Shown: in pieces, positions 17,150 to 19,007 of the stretch
Layout of the letters: each line of letters starts with the position of its first letter
Position numbering within the stretch: the first letter of the stretch is position 1
Translations under genes and position numbers: made by a program
NCBI GenBank assembly: GCA_044236265.1
Contig: JBIIGV010000054.1
Location: 1 to 19,007 of the forward strand
Direction of reading: 5' to 3'
Length of the DNA stretch: 19,007 nucleotides
Source of the DNA: Oligoflexales bacterium
GTDB lineage: Bacteria > Bdellovibrionota_B > Oligoflexia > Oligoflexales > RGVZ01
Notes under the pieces: generated by a model
What the model was told of the DNA's origin: nothing
The model's input: the letters and a program-made list of their open reading frames with translations, nothing else
Database searches by the model: none

Positions 17150-17236
17150 CGGAGAGAGAGGGATTCGAACCCTCGATAGCTGTTACACTATACCAGATTT
17201 CGAGTCTGGCGCCTTCAACCACTCGGCCATCTCTCC
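17150..17236 (-). tRNA. tRNA-Ser (CGA), CCA not encoded
   Basis: GGAGAGATGGCCGAGTGGTTGAAGGCGCCAGACTCGAAATCTGG, long variable arm, GAGGGTTCGAATCCCTCTCTCTCCG; discriminator G followed by TTT. Confidence 0.97.
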
Positions 17237-17258
17237 CTAGGGATGAGATTTACGTCGA

Positions 17259-17762
17259 TCACTCCTCGCCCGGCGATACCGGCGGGTTTTGGCGACGCAA
17301 ACGAAAGAACGCTTTTAGCAACTCACCGCACTCTTCCGCTAGAAGACCCCGTTTTACCAAAAACCGGTGATTGAGGCGAGTATCTTCATGGATTTTATAA
17401 AGACTTCCACAGGCACCTGCCTTCGGATCATCGGCTCCGTAAATAACTAGAGGAATTCTGGCTTGATAAATTGCGCCCGCACACATCAAACAAGGCTCAA
17501 GGGTTACATAAAGCTTCATCTGACTTAGACGCCAAGCATTTGTTTTTACGGAGGCTTCCTTGATTGCCATGATCTCTGCATGCTCAAGAGCACTTCGATT
17601 GGTTTCACGAAGATTCCAACCTTCGCTGACTACGACATCGTTCAAAGTGATCACGGCTCCGACAGGCACCTCGCCCAATTCTGCCGCTTTTTTCGCCAGA
17701 CCAATAGCGCGACGCATAAATACGGAGTCCAATTCAGAGAAGGTATGACTATCATTTGTCAC
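17259..17762 (-). CDS. tadA: tRNA adenosine(34) deaminase
   Basis: GEVPVGAV, HAEIMAI, LYVTLEPCLMCAGAI, YGADDPKAGA, LKAFF. Confidence 0.95.
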   Translation of the reverse strand: MTNDSHTFSELDSVFMRRAIGLAKKAAELGEVPVGAVITLNDVVVSEGWNLRETNRSALEHAEIMAIKEASVKTNAWRLSQMKLYVTLEPCLMCAGAIYQARIPLVIYGADDPKAGACGSLYKIHEDTRLNHRFLVKRGLLAEECGELLKAFFRLRRQNPPVSPGEE

Positions 17763-18679
17763 TTTTCCACAACCCCCGCTATGCCCATTCCGTTTGACGG
17801 CTTTCGGGAGCGTTCACGAAGAAATGGCAAAGCGACCCCCGAAAACAAAATAATTGTTGATCCAATCAATGCGTCCTTGTCAGGAATTGTTGCAAAGAAA
17901 AGAGCGCCCACGAGCAGATTAAACACTGGTGTTGTATAACTTGCCGCACCGACCAAAGCTGCAGGTGCCAGCTGGTAAGCTTGGGTCATAAATAATTGCG
18001 CAACCGAAGCGAATAATCCAGCGGCGATGAGCATAAACCAAGACCTAGTATCTGAGGGCCATACAAAACCATCAAGCGCAAACCATACGCCATGCATGAT
18101 CGTAGCAACCAGGCAGAAATAAAAGACGACCGTCAACGGTGGATTCGAACGACCGGCTCGCGAGATCATCATGTATGCGGAACCCGCAAACGCACCCGAA
18201 GCAAGAGCAACCGAGCGACCGACAAGCTCATCACCCCCTGAAAAAGAAGGTTTATAAAGTAAATAAAGTCCAACGAGCCCCATAAACACGGCCAACCATC
18301 CTAGGCGGGTGTTCGGCTGTCGAAGAACGATGGGAGACAACGCCGCAATCCAAACGGCGTTGAACGCATGTAAAAATGAGGCTTCTCCGAGACCGATCAT
18401 GTGAATCGCAGAGAAAAGCCCCATAACTGAGAGAGTCCCGAAAAATCCTCTCGCCCAAAGGGACCATCGCATATCGCCAAAAAGATGACGAACTCCGTCA
18501 GCTGCACCATAACGCACAAAGGACACGACAAGAACAAAGGCCAGATTGACTGCGACTCGCATGAAAGAAGCAGTCAGCGCGGATGCCTCGGAGTCCCAAA
18601 TTTTCACCTGGTAAATGAACGCCCCCATGGCAGCGAACAGTAAGCTCGCGACAACCATGTAGAGGACACCACGAATCAC
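17759..18679 (-). CDS. EamA/DMT family membrane transporter
   Basis: About 10 hydrophobic segments in two repeats; ARGFFGT, IAALSPIVL, AQLFMTQAYQLAPA motifs; GTGA overlaps at both ends. Confidence 0.88.
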   Translation of the reverse strand: MIRGVLYMVVASLLFAAMGAFIYQVKIWDSEASALTASFMRVAVNLAFVLVVSFVRYGAADGVRHLFGDMRWSLWARGFFGTLSVMGLFSAIHMIGLGEASFLHAFNAVWIAALSPIVLRQPNTRLGWLAVFMGLVGLYLLYKPSFSGGDELVGRSVALASGAFAGSAYMMISRAGRSNPPLTVVFYFCLVATIMHGVWFALDGFVWPSDTRSWFMLIAAGLFASVAQLFMTQAYQLAPAALVGAASYTTPVFNLLVGALFFATIPDKDALIGSTIILFSGVALPFLRERSRKPSNGMGIAGVVEK

Positions 18680-19007
18680 AAGGATGACTCAACAACCGTA
18701 GCTTTATTGATTGTGACTGTATCAACTGGACGATCCATAGGTCCGGTCTTCACTGCGCCAATGGACCTGATGACATCAACGCTGCTGGAATCAGCTGCCT
18801 TACCAAAGACGGTGTACTGATTATCAAGATAAGGAACTTTTTCCAGGCAAAGGAAAAACTGGCTACCAGCAGAGTCAGGGTCCTGAGTCCGAGCCATTGA
18901 AATAACGCCCGGCTCATGAGGACGCGGATTGAACTCGGCTTTAATTGTGTAACCAGGACCACCTGTACCGTTACCGACTGGACATCCACCCTGAATAACA
19001 AAACCTT
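18676..19007 (-). CDS. Cyclophilin-type peptidyl-prolyl cis-trans isomerase, 3' part (start outside the window)
   Basis: Frame is open to the window edge: GFVIQGGCPVGNGTGGPGYTIKAEFN...GVISMARTQDPDSAGSQFF...YLDNQYTVFG. Confidence 0.95.
   Translation of the reverse strand, partial: GFVIQGGCPVGNGTGGPGYTIKAEFNPRPHEPGVISMARTQDPDSAGSQFFLCLEKVPYLDNQYTVFGKAADSSSVDVIRSIGAVKTGPMDRPVDTVTINKATVVESSL

Noticed and set aside
1..19007. CRISPR arrays, IS elements, rRNA
   Set aside because: No regularly spaced repeats, terminal inverted repeats, transposase or rRNA sequence seen.

Overview
Core chromosomal window from a bacterium whose gene content suggests Bdellovibrionota/Oligoflexia or a related deltaproteobacterial lineage (inference). 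The left 7 kb (minus strand) is the conserved cluster tRNA-Thr/Tyr/Gly/Thr, tuf, tRNA-Trp, secE, nusG, rplK, rplA, rplJ, rplL and the 5' part of rpoB. It lacks rpmG and an L10 leader and has an L1-binding RNA before rplA. Upstream is a tightly coupled five-gene operon: exported repeat protein, NtrY-like kinase, NtrX-like sigma54 activator (GAFTNA), DUF4388/MshEN-like protein and rlmB. Divergent from it is an intact XerD-like tyrosine-recombinase gene in which five of six catalytic residues, including the Tyr nucleophile, appear substituted; this is the most striking observation. It is followed by an S1 serine protease lipoprotein, a convergent HEXXH lipoprotein with a candidate sigma54 promoter, tRNA-Ser(CGA), tadA, an EamA transporter and a partial cyclophilin.
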